Shown here: positions 27,031 through 40,900 of the stretch, one piece after another
How the letters are laid out: every line of letters begins with the position of its first letter
Position numbering within the stretch: the first letter of the stretch is position 1
NCBI GenBank assembly: GCA_003971905.1
Contig: RSEE01000023.1
Span: 62,001-126,000 of the forward strand
DNA length: 64,000 nucleotides
DNA from: Moniliella sp. 'wahieum'
Taxonomy: Eukaryota
Direction: 5' to 3'
Position numbers and translations under genes: made by a program
Notes under the pieces: model-generated
Databases searched by the model: none
The model's input: the letters and a program-made list of their open reading frames with translations, nothing else
What the model was told of the DNA's origin: nothing

Positions 27031-28478
27031 GGCGGTGCTTACGTAGGGTGCGCATGGGGGCAGTAGGCTTGGGAAGCATGCGCTTATGAATGGCTTATGC
27101 CCGAGCCAAGCTGCCGGTTCGCACTCGGGACGCTTTTTGGGCAACGCAGGGCAACGCCCCCGTGCGGCGTCACAGCATCACCGCCCACTGTCCGGTAATT
27201 GACGATCGGTGACCTCGCCAGTCACTAGTCACTGCGCCACTAGGTCATCGGCGAAGTCACCGGTCGTCCACTGTGCATCCCGTTCCGGTTCTACTTGGTC
27301 CGGCCCCGACGCCACCCCCTCCAGGCAGGATGCAGCAGGGGCCAGCCTTGCTTCCGCTGCCTTCCAGTGTTCCACCCTCTCTTCTCGTGCGTTCGTCTCC
27401 GTTCGACTACGTCCAACGTTGCGGCCTGAGGCCTGCTCTGTTACATGCGGCGAGCATACGGAGCAGGCCCGGCTTTTGCCGTTTATAACGGGGTTTTGGC
27501 TCCAGTCCTGCGAGCATGCCCTCATCGACCTCATCGGTGTCCACAAAGGAGGAGGGGATTGCCCCCCAGTGCCGTCACCATGATTGGAAGGGAGTTGGAA
27601 GAAGCAGCCTAGAAGACACGGACTCCTTGCGTTAGACATCGCTACAAAAACGGGATGTGACATGTGAACGTTGAACCGTTGAGTAGTAGTTGAACGTGTT
27701 GAGCCTAGTAGGGCATGCAAGCGAGTACAGTCGCATTCGTGTTGAATGCGACCCTAACGTGACGGGAGCGCCAGTAAACCCAAGCGCCCTCTGCGTCCGC
27801 GCCACCAGACGAGGGCCGCTTGCTGTCCGCCCCCAAACACCATTGCCCATCACGGCCGGCGGACGAGTATGACTACCTCAACGACTCTTTCGAAGCACGC
27901 AGCGTCTCACCAGTCCGCCTCTCATTATCCCACGCGCCCGCACCATATCCTTCTGCGCCACGACATCTCCTTCCGCAGCGGCGTGCGCATATAGCCCAGC
28001 TATAGCCCGTTCCTGCAGTGGACAGAAAAGCGGGCCACCTGGGTGTATCGGCATTCGAGGCAACAATCTTTTGTTTTCAACAGCTGGTGAGAAAGAGGGA
28101 TGATGCTTTGTTTGCTGTGCTACTACTACCCCGGACTGTCAATCTGTGAAGAATTGTAACTCGTTGTCGGAGGGATTATGCAGCGCTTCCTGCAACGTTT
28201 CCATATGTGCCCAACCTTCCCCTTATGTGCGGCAATAGTTTCATAGTGTCCAATGTAGGTGGCTTCCAGTAGAAGCAGAAACAGGAAGAGAGACAGGATG
28301 CTGTCTAATGATAGAAAAAGTGAATTAGGACCACAATAACACAAGTGTCCCGCGGAGGGTTCCGCATCCAACGGCCTGAGACCTGAGGCTCAGGCCCGAA
28401 GGAGAGCCAGGGCGACAAAAGAAAGTTTTGAGATGCACGGTAACATGTAACAGACGACGATCGGCATTTAAAGCCCAC

Positions 28479-29732
28479 TTAAAGCAGCAACGAGATGCCC
28501 AAGCCTGTCACGGCGACCGCCACCACCGCGGTTCCGGCACGGACAATGCTAGCTGGGCTTTTGTGACTCTGGCTGCTCGAGCCCGAAGAGCCCGATGAGC
28601 TCGACGAGCCCGCCGACTTGACAAAGGCACGCACATCGTTTACCGCCCAGTATGCCTCCGAATAAGATGATCCGTTAAGCCCCACCTGGGACGAACACGA
28701 GGGAAGTACTTGTTGCAACCCGAGATGTCATACGTGTTGGCTGCCCAGTCACCACACAGCGTCATAGTAAAGACAAGCGACATGTTGGAGAATTGGGATG
28801 AGCACGATGCGACAGGGAAGTCCGCTCCAGGCTGCCCCCAGTCGAGGTATCAACGGCTGGGAACCGGACTTGAGGTTGCTAGGTACCTGACTGTGCGGGA
28901 AGTACCAGACACGAATACCAGAGCCCCCCGAGCTCAGGTCGCGCTCCATGGCGAACAATCCGCCTTGGGCTTGGTTCAGTGCCGGACCAGTGGTGGGAAC
29001 GACGGTCTTGGAGCCGAGCACCGTCGTCTGGTTCATCTCGATACGGCAGCCTTCGTTGCCCGCAGCGTAGTTCACAGTGCAATTGTTGAGGGTCGTAATG
29101 CCAGTCTGATTCTGCTGGGCAGTGGAAAGGTGCATTCGCCCCCAGTGTGGAGGGAAACGAGGTTGCCATTGAACTGGCCGCCGGTTTGGCCCGCATTAGG
29201 CACATTGGCATTCTCGAAAATGTCAATCTCCCCGCCCTGGGGTAGTTTTGGGTGTCGGGCGGGACCATCCAGAAGGAAGGCCAGACGGAGCAGCCGGTGG
29301 GGACGTGGGTGGCATTAAGGACAAACACACCATCTCCATAGGTCTGGTTGGAAGTGATGCGCACCGACGGACGGCCCTCAGGCTGCACCTCCGTGGTATC
29401 CACGCGCATAATAAATTGCCCATCGTTTTGGACATAGGTCAAGTTGGAGGCGATCGCGGTCGCCTTGGGCACATACTTTACCAGACCATGAGTCGAATCT
29501 GGGGAAGGAGGGAAAAGAAAGGCGGAGTCAGCAAGGGGTGATGGACGGGTAGCATGCTATTAGGAAGAAGAGGGGACCCACCAGACTGGTTGGTGATGTA
29601 GTCGCCCCAGTAGCGGAACTTGTTCTCAAAGTCCGAGCCGGTGTAGGTGTCCTGTAGGCCCCACTTGGCGGCGGACACGAGGGGGGCGAGCACAGCTGCA
29701 CCGGCGGCAGCAGCAACAAAGGAGGAGCGCAT
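28479..29732 (-). CDS. GH16 (fungal Lam16A-like) beta-glucanase/transglycosylase, secreted, probably GPI-anchored
   Basis: Signal peptide MRSSFVAAAAGAAVLAPLVSA, GRPSVRITS, HVPTGCSVWPSFW, catalytic GEIDIFE (~29213-29233), then a Ser-rich linker and hydrophobic C-terminal tail. Confidence 0.9.
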
Positions 29733-31375
29733 GCGGGGCAAAAGAGTTGGTGGTGGGTGGGAAGCAGACGCGTGCGCAGCTGGCCTGATGGGCTTCTTTT
29801 AATGGGGCTACATACTGCGCGGCGTTGCCGATCAGCGGCGGGGATGCAGGATGCCGGTCAGCCGCTGAGCCGGGCGGCCGCTGAGCTCAGCAAACACTGC
29901 ACGGCTGGGGGGCGCACCAGACAGGCCCGAGGGGGGTGCATGCTGTGACGTGTGGCATGCAATGGGTGCCCTGCTGGGGGGCGCGGCAGCCGGCTGCCAC
30001 ACGGGCGCACTAGCATGCACTGGCATGTACTCAGTAACTCGGTACTCACAACTGACATGTCACAGCAACGCCTAATGCTTGCAGGATGTATGGTAACCTC
30101 ATCATCGACAATATCGGCATCATCGATCATCTGAACAGCGACCACCGATCACCAGGATTACCCAGGTTGGGAGCCTCACCAAATCAGCCAGTCAAGCTAG
30201 TCACCAGAAATGGGCAACGAGTAACGTTTAACGTTTAACGTTTAACGACCATCGATTAGGGTCGAGTAAATGACACAGAATCGCACGCACCGCTAGGGTA
30301 CACGAACCACACGGCAACGCCTGTCGAACGCCGGGAGATGGAGCAGCATCGACTATTGAAGCAAGGGGAAAACGACAACAACGCCAAGTATACCATCAGC
30401 CACGCACTCATCAGGAACCGTTCTTCCCTGTGGTAGGGCATAATGTTGAGATCAATAAAACGCACGCGGGCAAACTAGGTCGCCATGACGCCAAGAAGAT
30501 GTTTGAGCTCTAGACGAAATTATATTGAGGGTGCCGAGTACCACCGAGTAATGAAGCCTGAAGCGAAGCTTGAAGGCCGAGGGGTCTTACGCATCAGCAT
30601 TACATCACGCCTCGCCTGGCCACCCTCATCCACTCGCGCATTTTCGGTTTGGAAGCGATTGGGGTAGCCGGTAGCCAGAGGGACTTGTTGGCCTGTTAGC
30701 GAGACGCCATTGGTTTCCCAATAGGGTTATTGGCGCGTTGGCGCGAGCTAGCAACACATCCTGGATTGTGTAACGTTTCCTAGTCCCTTCTGCCTGCAAA
30801 TGATATTGGATCTACCCTTCCCACAATCGGATGTAGCGCGACTGGCGACCCCGGAGACACGAATGTGCATCAGTGTGGTGCCAGCCCAGTCACTAGTCAG
30901 CCCTGTAACTCGTTTCGAGTTGCCTCATGAAGTATAGCTCGCGGCGTACCCCGTCCTCCTCTGTCGCATTCATCGTGCTCGGAACAGTGGATCATGAGAC
31001 GGCGGGCGATAAACGGTGAACCATGGTGGTTATGTGGGTTACCCTGACCTCAGTGTGGCCATGAGCCTTGTCGTCAACTAGTGCTGTAGAACACGTCACA
31101 CGTGGCATCGCGCGTGTGGTAAGGAATTGTAGCCAACTTGCAGTCTGTCTAAGGCCTACTGTGCCCCCCTAAAATGTGCTCTAAGTGGATACAGAAACGA
31201 GTGACAATCGCAAGGTGCTGGTAGGCATACTTTGAAAAGCTTGAAGGGCTTGAAGTGCTTCAAGCTCCACGACGGTTTCGCAACAAACGGGGTCCCCAAA
31301 TGGGACCCAATTAGTCCATGCTTGACGTCGGTCGGGAGTTTTGCCTAGACCACACACCACCAGCCGTAATCACGC

Positions 31376-31786
31376 TTAGGTGTTGGGGTTCATGCGACGC
31401 TTGCCGTTGGGAGCCAGAGTGGCGTTCACAAAGCTGCAATCCAGTCAGAATGGGTCCAACACAAACGAGAAGCGCAAAAAGGGAATGATACGCACCGGCG
31501 CGTGTAAAGCAGGCGCTTCTTAGCGCGGCCCTTGGGCAGCTTCTTCTTCTCTTGAGGCTCAACCTTGGGAGTCTGGCCCTTGACCTTACCGGCACGCGCG
31601 AGGGAACCGTGAACCTTACCCCTGTTTCAAGATAGGTCAGTATCCCGCTATTCGAAAGCCAAAGGGGGGTGGAGCAGGAATGGTGCAGGCGGCCAATCCC
31701 AAGTTGCAGCCGCGCAATTTCCAAAGGGAACAGCAAGCAACAAGGGTAGCTGCAACACCAGACTCCCCGCCGGGGGAAACGTACAT
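31376..31786 (-). CDS. RPS30: 40S ribosomal protein eS30; introns 31622-31784 and ~31434-31495
   Basis: The spliced product reads [61 protein letters not shown]. This gene is absent from the ORF track. Confidence 0.95.
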
Positions 31787-32311
31787 GTTGATGGACTTGC
31801 TAAGGCAATCTGGTGGTTAGCCAAAGCACTGTGGCAACTAGCTGAGCCGAGTCAAATACACGAGCAATAGGGTTTGGGCGTTTTTTCTGCACAGCAAATG
31901 AGCTGCGGTAATAACCCTACTAATTTACGCCATCGCGTCTTGGATCATCGAGATCATCGATCATCGACCACTTCGGAAATCGCTGATTATTCCGCTGTCG
32001 ACTGCTGCCCATTTAAAGTACCTGTGGGACCCAAACTATACCGAACCTATTTGCGAGCTCTTCAGTTTCTGTCCATCTGCAGGCAATGGCGCTTGACCTG
32101 TATCTTGTGCACGTGAGCTCAGACGGGACGTTGCCTACTATCTATATATCACACAGGATAGATCCTGTTGGTCCGGTTTGACAAAAAAAGTACAGTCCGT
32201 AGGCCGTTTGGCCAGAGGCGGGGCGGGGGGGGGAGAGGATGTCGGGAAGAGAAGTAAACGAAAGGAAGAGAACATGCCCAGGAAACGTTATTTGTCGTGT
32301 AATGCACACGA

Positions 32312-34871
32312 TCACAATGCGTCGAAATTGATCGCGTACACAATCTTCTTTCGTTCCCGTTCGTCCTCCCGCTGCAAAAACGTCAGTATGATTGGAAACA
32401 AAGTGGGAGAAAGAGGGACTCACCTTCTCATGGTAGTGCAACAGTAGCACAATCCCCGCTAGGATCAAGAGGAAAACGCCGAGAACAATGGTGACCCATG
32501 CCCAGTCGCCAGGTCGGAGGTACATTTCCTTGCCCCAGGTGATAGGGGACGGGGTGGTGACCGTTGGCGGCTGCCACGGATTGATAAACACAAGCGAGTT
32601 GGGAATGACACCCTCCATCGACATGATCAAGCTTGCCTCCTCGGCTGCCTCGCGCTCCTGCGTCTTGCGATCCCGCGCCCATAGGTCATTGGCTGAGAAT
32701 GCAATCTGCCGTGCCTCTCGTGAGGTAATAGTCGAGTTGTCCACCACCGGGTGAGCCTTCACGGAGTGAATCTGTTTCGCCTCTTTTTCGTGAAGGCGAC
32801 GAGATGATCCCATCTGGATCAGCTCCACGTAATTGTTTGTTCGCCCCAGACCGAGGTAGGTGTTGGGATGAACCAGCGAGCCGTAGCCGGTATGTGAGTA
32901 CTGCGTGGCAGCCTGCGCCCGACGAACTCCATTGGTGTCGAGCACAGTGAACTTGTACGAAGCCCCGGCATTTGACCCCCATGGCTTGAAGGGTAAATGG
33001 ACTTGTTACTTGGCTCACACTCTCCATCACAGGCACCGTTGAGCATGGAAAGTTTAAGGAAAAATGAGTCAAAGAATAAGTTGTTCTGGACAAATGTGGG
33101 CCGCCGGCGCACGATAGGAGGGCGGGAGGGTCCTTGGTCCAATACTTCGACCGTTTGGAGCATCATATCCAGCGTCCCGTCCTCGTCCAAATCCACGAAA
33201 CTGACCCCAACAACATTGGTGATCGTATCCAAGAGCTCCGACTGAGGGGCTTTGATAAATGTTCGCTCCTCTTTCCAGTCGTCGCCGCCTCCGCGGCCAG
33301 GGCCACAGCCAGCCACGCCGAGCCCAGCCTGGCCACACGCCACATTCTCCAACAGCACCGCCACACTGCCACCTTGGAACGCCTTGGTTGCCGTGACAAG
33401 GAGGTCAGGGTAGCCGTCCTTGTTGTAGTCCCCCACGCTGAAAGAAATAGGGAGGCTGGGGAGTACGCTCGTATCACTCAACAGAAGCATCCACCCCGGC
33501 CCCAGAATTTGAGAGACGGGGATCCTCCGGTCCCTTCGATTACCGGTGCCACCATTGCGGTGGGTAAGGCGGTCCAGGTCCAACGCGAAATGGGGGTCAG
33601 GTAGACAGAGTCGCTGAGGATCACGACACTTCACCTCCTCTTCCCCCGAGTCAGATGCTTCCGCATCACCCCAGGGAGGCCAAGTACGCCAGTTCCAGGA
33701 CCAATTCCAGGGCCATTCCCAGTGCTGATCGGCAAGAGTGCAAAGTCCCACCTGCCGGTTGTAGACAATGTTGATGTAGCAATCCTTCTCGTCACAATTT
33801 CCAAATACCAGGTCGATCGTCCCGTCGCGGTTGAGATCAGAAAAACTCACCATCCCACTTCCAGGAGGCAAGTCGCCTGTCCGACTCAGTTGGAAATACG
33901 CCGTCTCATTCTCGACCGGAACCGAGGTACGAAGTGCGGTCCAGATCTCGTAGCTTGGGGCCGTAAATTGTTTCCCGACGCAAGTAAGGAACAGATCTGC
34001 ACAGCAATGTTAGGCACCCGTACGGATCACTAGGCATCAACGACGTACCAGCGACACAATCACCATTCAGGTCCACAAACGAGGACGAGTGAGGCGAGGT
34101 AAGTTGGCATCGGGACTTGGTTGGGGGCCATCCTGGTCGAGAAGAACAATTTTGTCCGCAACAAGGCAGGATGCGTAGCGTTGGCGCTCTTTCTACCCTC
34201 CATTTGATTCCGGAAGAGCGTAAGTGGAGTATTGAAGCCCGGGTGTGTCCCAGGAAGTCCATGGTCAAGTCCCCTGTGGCGTCGACGAGCACAGGATGGG
34301 CCAAGTTGGTCGACGGCAACTCAATTGGGGTTGGGTCAAATCCACCAGTCTCTCGTCCAATAAAGAGATGAAGGTTCAGAGTGTCCACCAACCCGTCTTT
34401 CGAGGGGGCCGACATGAGCACCAGTCCAGCACCCCATCGTGATTCACATCAGTCGGGACTGCGTTCTGGATCACACCTTTGCCAGGGAGTTGAGTGTGGT
34501 GTACACAGTTGGCACGCCTTGGGGTGGTTCAAAGGCAAACTTGGCATGGTTCCACCTCCGCACTGATACGGCTGTGCCAGTGTCGTCCAGCAAAAACGCA
34601 TCGGTGAACTGGTCGCCATCCTCGTCACCCCAGGCGAGAATGCGGCCATCGTTGAGGCCCAGATCGCCGGTGCGGATCAGTCCCTCGTACTTGAAGCGCT
34701 TGCGGTTGAAGAGCCCCGCTTGGACCTCTGTGCGCCGACATTCAGAAGAAAAAGAGCAAGAAGTGGCGACAGCGACAGCGACAGCAGCGCCCGCGCGCAC
34801 CAGTCCAGCCCAGTGAGCCGAGCCATTGGTGGGCGTTGTGGAGATGAGAGGCGCTGATTGGGTGCACTCAT
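32312..34871 (-). CDS. ITFG1: FG-GAP repeat type-I membrane protein, ITFG1/LINKIN (TIP) homolog
   Basis: Repeated Dx(N/D)xDG motifs (GDEDGD, DLNGDC, DLNRDG, GDYNKDGYPD, DLDEDGTLD), NNLFFDSFFLKL, LGLGRTNNYVE, IPNSLV, a TM helix, and after an intron the C-terminus REDERERKKIVYAINFDAL. Confidence 0.88.
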
Positions 34872-35078
34872 AGCCAAGCACTTTGCCCCCATAGTGTGGC
34901 CCGGAGGCCGCCGCCACACGACGCGCGTTGAACATTGAACGTACATTGAACGTTCAGGCCAACGTTGAACGTTTGAACGCGTCCAGTTGCACCGACCCTG
35001 GGCGGTCTTTTTTTTTCGGGTACCCTCGCCAGCCGCTCCCCACCTCCTTCTTTCTCCCACCCAATCTGCCTCACCACA

Positions 35079-37637
35079 ATGCCGCCCGCCCGGGTCGATG
35101 GCAAGCGCAAGCGTGCCGAGAGCAATCCGGCGTCCCTGCGACCAAGGAGGATGTGAAGGACGTTCTGGGACAGACTGCGTCCGGTGAATTGGACCTTGCC
35201 GATGCTGGCTCCTCGTCGGAGGAGGAAGCAGAGGCAGACGACGAGTCCGACCCGGAGGTGGAGGCCCTGCCTGAGATTGATGCAGCGCCTTCGGACGATG
35301 AGGAAAGCCTCGGGTGATTCGGAAACGGAGGATGACGAAGGGTTCGATTCGGAGGACATCGATAACTGGGATGGATCCGGCGAAGAAGGAGAAGATGACC
35401 GTTTGCGCGCTTTGGCCGAGGAAGAAGACGAGTCCTCGGATATCTCGAGTGGAGACGAAACCGCTCCTGGAACTGCTGAAGAGGCTTCCAAGATTGAGTC
35501 TCGTCTGTCGCGTGCCATTCAAAAGGCCCGCGGGGTGCCAAGCCCGAGGAAGGCGAGACGGAATACAACAATCTTGGTATCGACACCCGCTTCGCCGCAT
35601 CCAACATCGACCCTGCAAAACAAAACCCAGATGGGTCAAACAAGGGGTGTGCTCACAGTCAGTGAGCTGACGGGTGTACCCAAGCGCGTCTACCCCCAGA
35701 TCGAGCCTAATTACGACTCTGATTCGTCCACGGAGGAGACGACGAACCGCATTGGGAATGTGCCTCTGGAATGGTACGATGATCTTCCGCACATTGGGTA
35801 TGATGTGAACGGGAAGAAGGTGCTTCGCCCGGCCCAGGGTGATGCACTGGACAACTTCCTTGCCACAATGGAGGACCCCGAAAGCTGGATGACGGCTGAA
35901 GACAAGCGCACCGGTGGACAAGTGCGTCTGACGGACGAGGAGCTGGACATTATTCGTCGTTTGCAAAATTCGGAGATTCCCGACGAATCTTACAACCCCT
36001 ACGAGCCTACCATCGAGTGGTTCACTGGAAAGGGGATGGAAATGCAGACTCCTATGACGGCGCGACCGGAGCCCAAGTCAAGGTTTGTCCCATCCAAGTG
36101 GGAGCACAAGAAGATCATGAAGATTGTGCGGGCCATCCGCGAGGGAAGAATTGTGCCACGGCCGCCGGCGCAGGAGACTCCCGAGTACTACGATGTGTGG
36201 GAGAACGAGCAGGCTAGGGAAGACCACCCGATGCACATGCCTGCGCCTAAGCTCGCCCTCCCTGGGCATGAAGAGAGCTACAACCCGCCCGCTGAATACT
36301 TGCTGGATGAGGCGGAGCGCAAGGCATGGGAACAAGCTGCACCTGAGGACCGTAAGCTGAACTTCTTGCCCGCCAAGATGAGCTCGTTGCGCGTCGTGCC
36401 ACGGTATGAGAATTCTGTGAGGGAGCGTATGGACCGTTGCTTGGACCTGTACTTGGCCCCGCGCATGCTCAAGCGTAAGGTCGACGTGCCGAACGCAGAG
36501 GTGTGTTGCCGAAGCTGCCTGCTCCCAAGGACTTGCGCCCGTTCCCTACCGTCACAGCAGTCGAGTACAAACATCCTTCTGCTCCCCGTGTGCGGGCAGC
36601 TGCTCTGGACCCTACCGGTGCCTGGGCCGCTACTGGCGCTGAGGATGGTCGTGTGCGTCTGTGGAACTTGACAACGGGACGATGCGATGCCGTGTACGAC
36701 CTTCATGCCTCCTCGGCAAAGGAGGACCGCGCACCCGTGTACTCGCTTGCCTGGTGCCCCAACGCAAGCAAGTCACTTTTGGTTGCCAGCACGGTGGGCC
36801 GAATCGCGATCATCGCCCCCCGGGAGGGAAACGTTGGCTTCCCTGCGACAACCAGCGAGTCGTTCCAATATGCCATTCAAGGCTTTCCTATTGGGGATGA
36901 AGAAAAGGATGAGAAAGCACCTGCTGAGTGGGTACGTCCTGCGAATGCGGAGCGTGAGCGTGGAATCGCTGTCTACATTCACATCCCCGGTACGGCCCGA
37001 CAGGTTGCATTCCACCCCAAGGGTGACTACTTCGTCACGGTGGTACCTGATGCGACACGCGGGCGGGCTGTGTTGGTTCACCAGCTGTCGCGCCATCGTT
37101 CCCAGGCGCCATTCCGAAGGGTGGCTAAGGGTTCGGCAGTGCAACGTGCTGTGTTCCATCCTACTCGGCCACACCTCCTGGTCGCGACGCAACGGTACGT
37201 ACGGATCTACGACTTGGCCCAGCAAGCTCTGGTGCAAACGCTCCAGACAGGGCTACGCTGGATCTCGTCGCTATCCGTGCACCCAAGCGGGGAGCATGTC
37301 TTGGTCGGTTCGTACGATCGCAAGCTCTCTGGTTTGACCTTGAACTATCGACGCGGGCGTACAAGACGCTGCGGTACCACGCTCGGGCGGTACGCCAGGT
37401 GGCTTTCCATCCGACCTTACCGCTTTTTGCATCGGTCGCCGACGACGGCCAAGCGCACATCTACCACGCCACGGTTTACTCGGACTGGGCACAGACGCTT
37501 TGATTGTACCGCTCAAGATCTTGCGTGGCCACCAGGTTAAGCAAGGCCTTGGGATCTTGGACGCCATGTGGCATCCCTCCAAGCCCTGGCTACTCACCGC
37601 AGGTGCTGACGGCCTCGCTCGTCTTTGGTCCAACTGA
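35079..37637 (+). CDS. ERB1: Ribosome biogenesis protein Erb1/BOP1 (BOP1NT domain + WD40 repeats)
   Basis: [77 protein letters not shown] and WD40 repeats. Confidence 0.96.
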
Positions 37638-37977
37638 TTGGCCCCCAAAGGGCAGTTACTTGCATTTTCTTTGACTCTGGTCAGGAGTAGTCCAGGCTAT
37701 AGAGGCTCCGTATAGTCAAGTGAGAACACGCACGTGGTACAGCTGGATGTACACGTAGCAGCAATTGTAAGACCCAAGCTGGCCAATTAGATGGCCTCTA
37801 TACTAGCCAGCTGACTGAAAAAGCTAGGGAGCGGATCAAGAGCACGGAGGGGTGAACAGAGTATCGGCGCAAGCGGTAGTGCCAAAATATCAGACAGGGT
37901 ATAGAGCCACCAGCGGTACGGAGGGTCGGCTATACTAATGAAGCTATCATCTATCACAGCGCAGTCAAGAGAGGGAG

Positions 37978-40900
37978 GGTGCAGAACATGTCAATTTGTT
38001 ATCCGGGGTGGAAGGGGGGATGAAGTACGTGAGGTCGTGAAGCCAGAGCAGACAGAGCAGGGTAACGTGAAAGGGAGTGCAATAGACATCCCTCGAGGGG
38101 GAAAAAGTGGTATATCTGAGGAGGGGAAGATGGGGCTTTAGTACGTTTCCGGAGTAGACGGTTCCGGCGTCTTATCGCCAAGAGACGATTCGGCCATCTT
38201 TTCATCCTCCACTTTCTCCTCTCCAATCTTCTCCATGTCCGCCGCAGTCACGAGAGCGGCAACGTCGCCCTTAACCAAAGCACGGCGCGAGGTGAAGCCA
38301 GGAGGGCACCACGTGCGGCTGTTCCAGGGCTTGCAGCTCGGGTCGTGGTACATCAAGTCGACTTGCTCAAGAGTAAGCCCCTGGGTCTCCCGGACGAAGA
38401 AGAAGACGAGGAGAGCGTTGACAATGTTCCAGGCAGCAAAGATGAAACCGTAGGCTGCGAATGAAAGAGGTCAGCGCGGGATCGATACAACCAGAGCCCA
38501 ACGACATCAGGAGAAATATGCGTACCATAGCCAATATTGCCCGTAATGGGCTGCGTGAAGAATGCCAGAGCAAAGTTCCAGGCCCAGTTGGTGGCAGTCG
38601 AAAGGGCCGCTTGCTTGGAACGAGTGCGCGCGCCAAAGTTCTCGCCGCACCAGACCCACACAGGAGACCATGTGCAAGCAAGGCAGAAGACAAAGAAGCA
38701 GCCAGCAACGGTCATCAGGTCACCCACTCCCTTGGACAGGTGGGGCTGGCCCATGATACCGCTCTCGTTACCAGCCACACCCGCGATGGCAAAGACGAAC
38801 AGCCACAGCGAGCATCCAAGCGCGCCATAGAAAAGCGTGTTGCGGCGACCCCATGCTTCCACCATCCACAGACCGGGGGCAGTGCAGACAAAGTTGACCG
38901 CACCAAGAATGATTTGGGTCACGTACGAGTCCTTGAGACCGGCGTTGGCAAATACCTGGTTGCCATAGAAGAAGAAATCTGGGGAGAAGAAAAAGAGTCA
39001 GGAAGGGAGCGCTTGGGAAGTGGGAGTGTAACGTACAGTTGCCGCCACAGAGTTGCTGCCCCATCTGAAGCGCCATGCCCATGCACGTCCGGAAGCAAGT
39101 CGAGTTTTCGAATTTGAAGCAGTCAGCCCACGTTGCGTCGGCGGCGTTGGCAGCTTTTTCCTCCTCGATATGCTGGATCAGGTCCTGGTACTCCGACTCG
39201 ACTGTGGGTCCTGGTCCGCGACGCTCACACCATGCATCTGGGCGATCGCCCTCTTCGCTTCATCGTACCGACCTTTTTGTGCGCTAATGGTGGTGACTCG
39301 GGCGTCAGCATCGCAACTGCGCCCTGAAGCATGGCAAACACAAAGCCAATCGCAACCAATACTCGCCACGATGCCGAGTCGTTGTTGCCAGCGTACCGCG
39401 TACCGATGGCAATGGCGTAGGCCAACAGAATGCCAAGGGTAATCGCAAATTGGAAGAAACCGCCCATCATACCACGGATTTGCCGGGGCATGAGTTCGGA
39501 TTGATACACAGGCGCAAGGGCGGAGGACATGCCAATGCCGTAGCCAGATACCAAACGGCCAATGCCAAATTGAACCCAGGAGTGGACAGAGGCGACCTTG
39601 ATGATGCAACCGATGATGATCCACAGAGCTGACACCTGGACACTGTACTTTGTGCCCAGGCGGTTTTGCCAGATGTTGCCCGTAAGAGCGCCAATGCCAC
39701 AGCCGATCGACATGAAACCAGTGATCAGGCCCTGGAGCCAAGGCGACCAGGCCTTCTCATACTTCCCGTCGGGGTAAGTGACCGCCCCCGTAGCAAAGCG
39801 GCGTTGGAAGTCTTGCATGGGGTACAAACCAGCCATAATACCGGTCTCATAGCCAAACTGTTGTCATGAAAATAACAGCGATCAGTATGGGATGTTCTTC
39901 ATTTGGTACACGAAAGAGGGGGAGACATGGACATACGTTAAGACCGGCACCGATGGTCACCAGGGTCACCAAGTGAACCATAATGCCGATAGAAGTGCCT
40001 CCGAGTTTCATGGTGAAGCCGAAGAAGTAGTGGTAAGGAAATAGGAGTGCGGAAAGAGTAGGAGTGTGTGAACCTCAAAGAGGTGGGCGTGTGGCTGGTA
40101 TAGTAGCCCGTAGGGTGTGGGTTGGTTACTTTGGGTGAGAGAAGACGGAGGAGAGATGTTGTGGACAAGAAGAACAATCGATGGGGTCGGTGGTCCTCTG
40201 TTATATACCCCAAAGATGTATGACACAAGAGAGAAGACTAGGCGCCAAGAAGCCAATGCAGGAACAAGCACAACAGTACAGGAACAATTGCAACCGTTGC
40301 ATGGGGGAACTTTTGCCAGCCACAAGGGTCATCCATCAGTTGACCAGCGGTCCTGCATCATGCATCATGACCATTCCATATTCATCTCAGGCTCTTGATC
40401 CCCCTGTGAGACATGTGAGGCCTGAGATCTGGCGATCAGTCGATCAGGAGCGAAGAAGGCAAAGGCCTAAGGCCTACCGCATAACAGTAACCCCCCCCTC
40501 CACTCTGTACGCAACGTTCACAAAATGCTTAATGCAGCGCGCCCTCCCTGCGATTGCAGGCTGTTCCTCTGCGAGAGGTATCCACAAACGCCGTCCCAGA
40601 CAGCACTGCGACTTCGATGCGAGTGCGCAGATGTGGGGACTATGGACAGCCATACGGAGCCCCAGGGAGCCCCACTATTATGCTCTAGGTCCCAGACACG
40701 CAAAGCCTCTTGCCTCTGCCCACAATATAGCCGCCATGTTTCAGGTAATCAAATGTCTATAGGCTCTAGGCACGAGGCCTGAGGCCGGCCTGCGGTCTTT
40801 CCGGACCTTGCCGGCGGTACGTATGTTTCTAGTGTGAGTGATATAATAGCCTCGGCCGCACTTCTGTCACGCCTCCCGTCTGACCAGTGTCCTTATGTAG

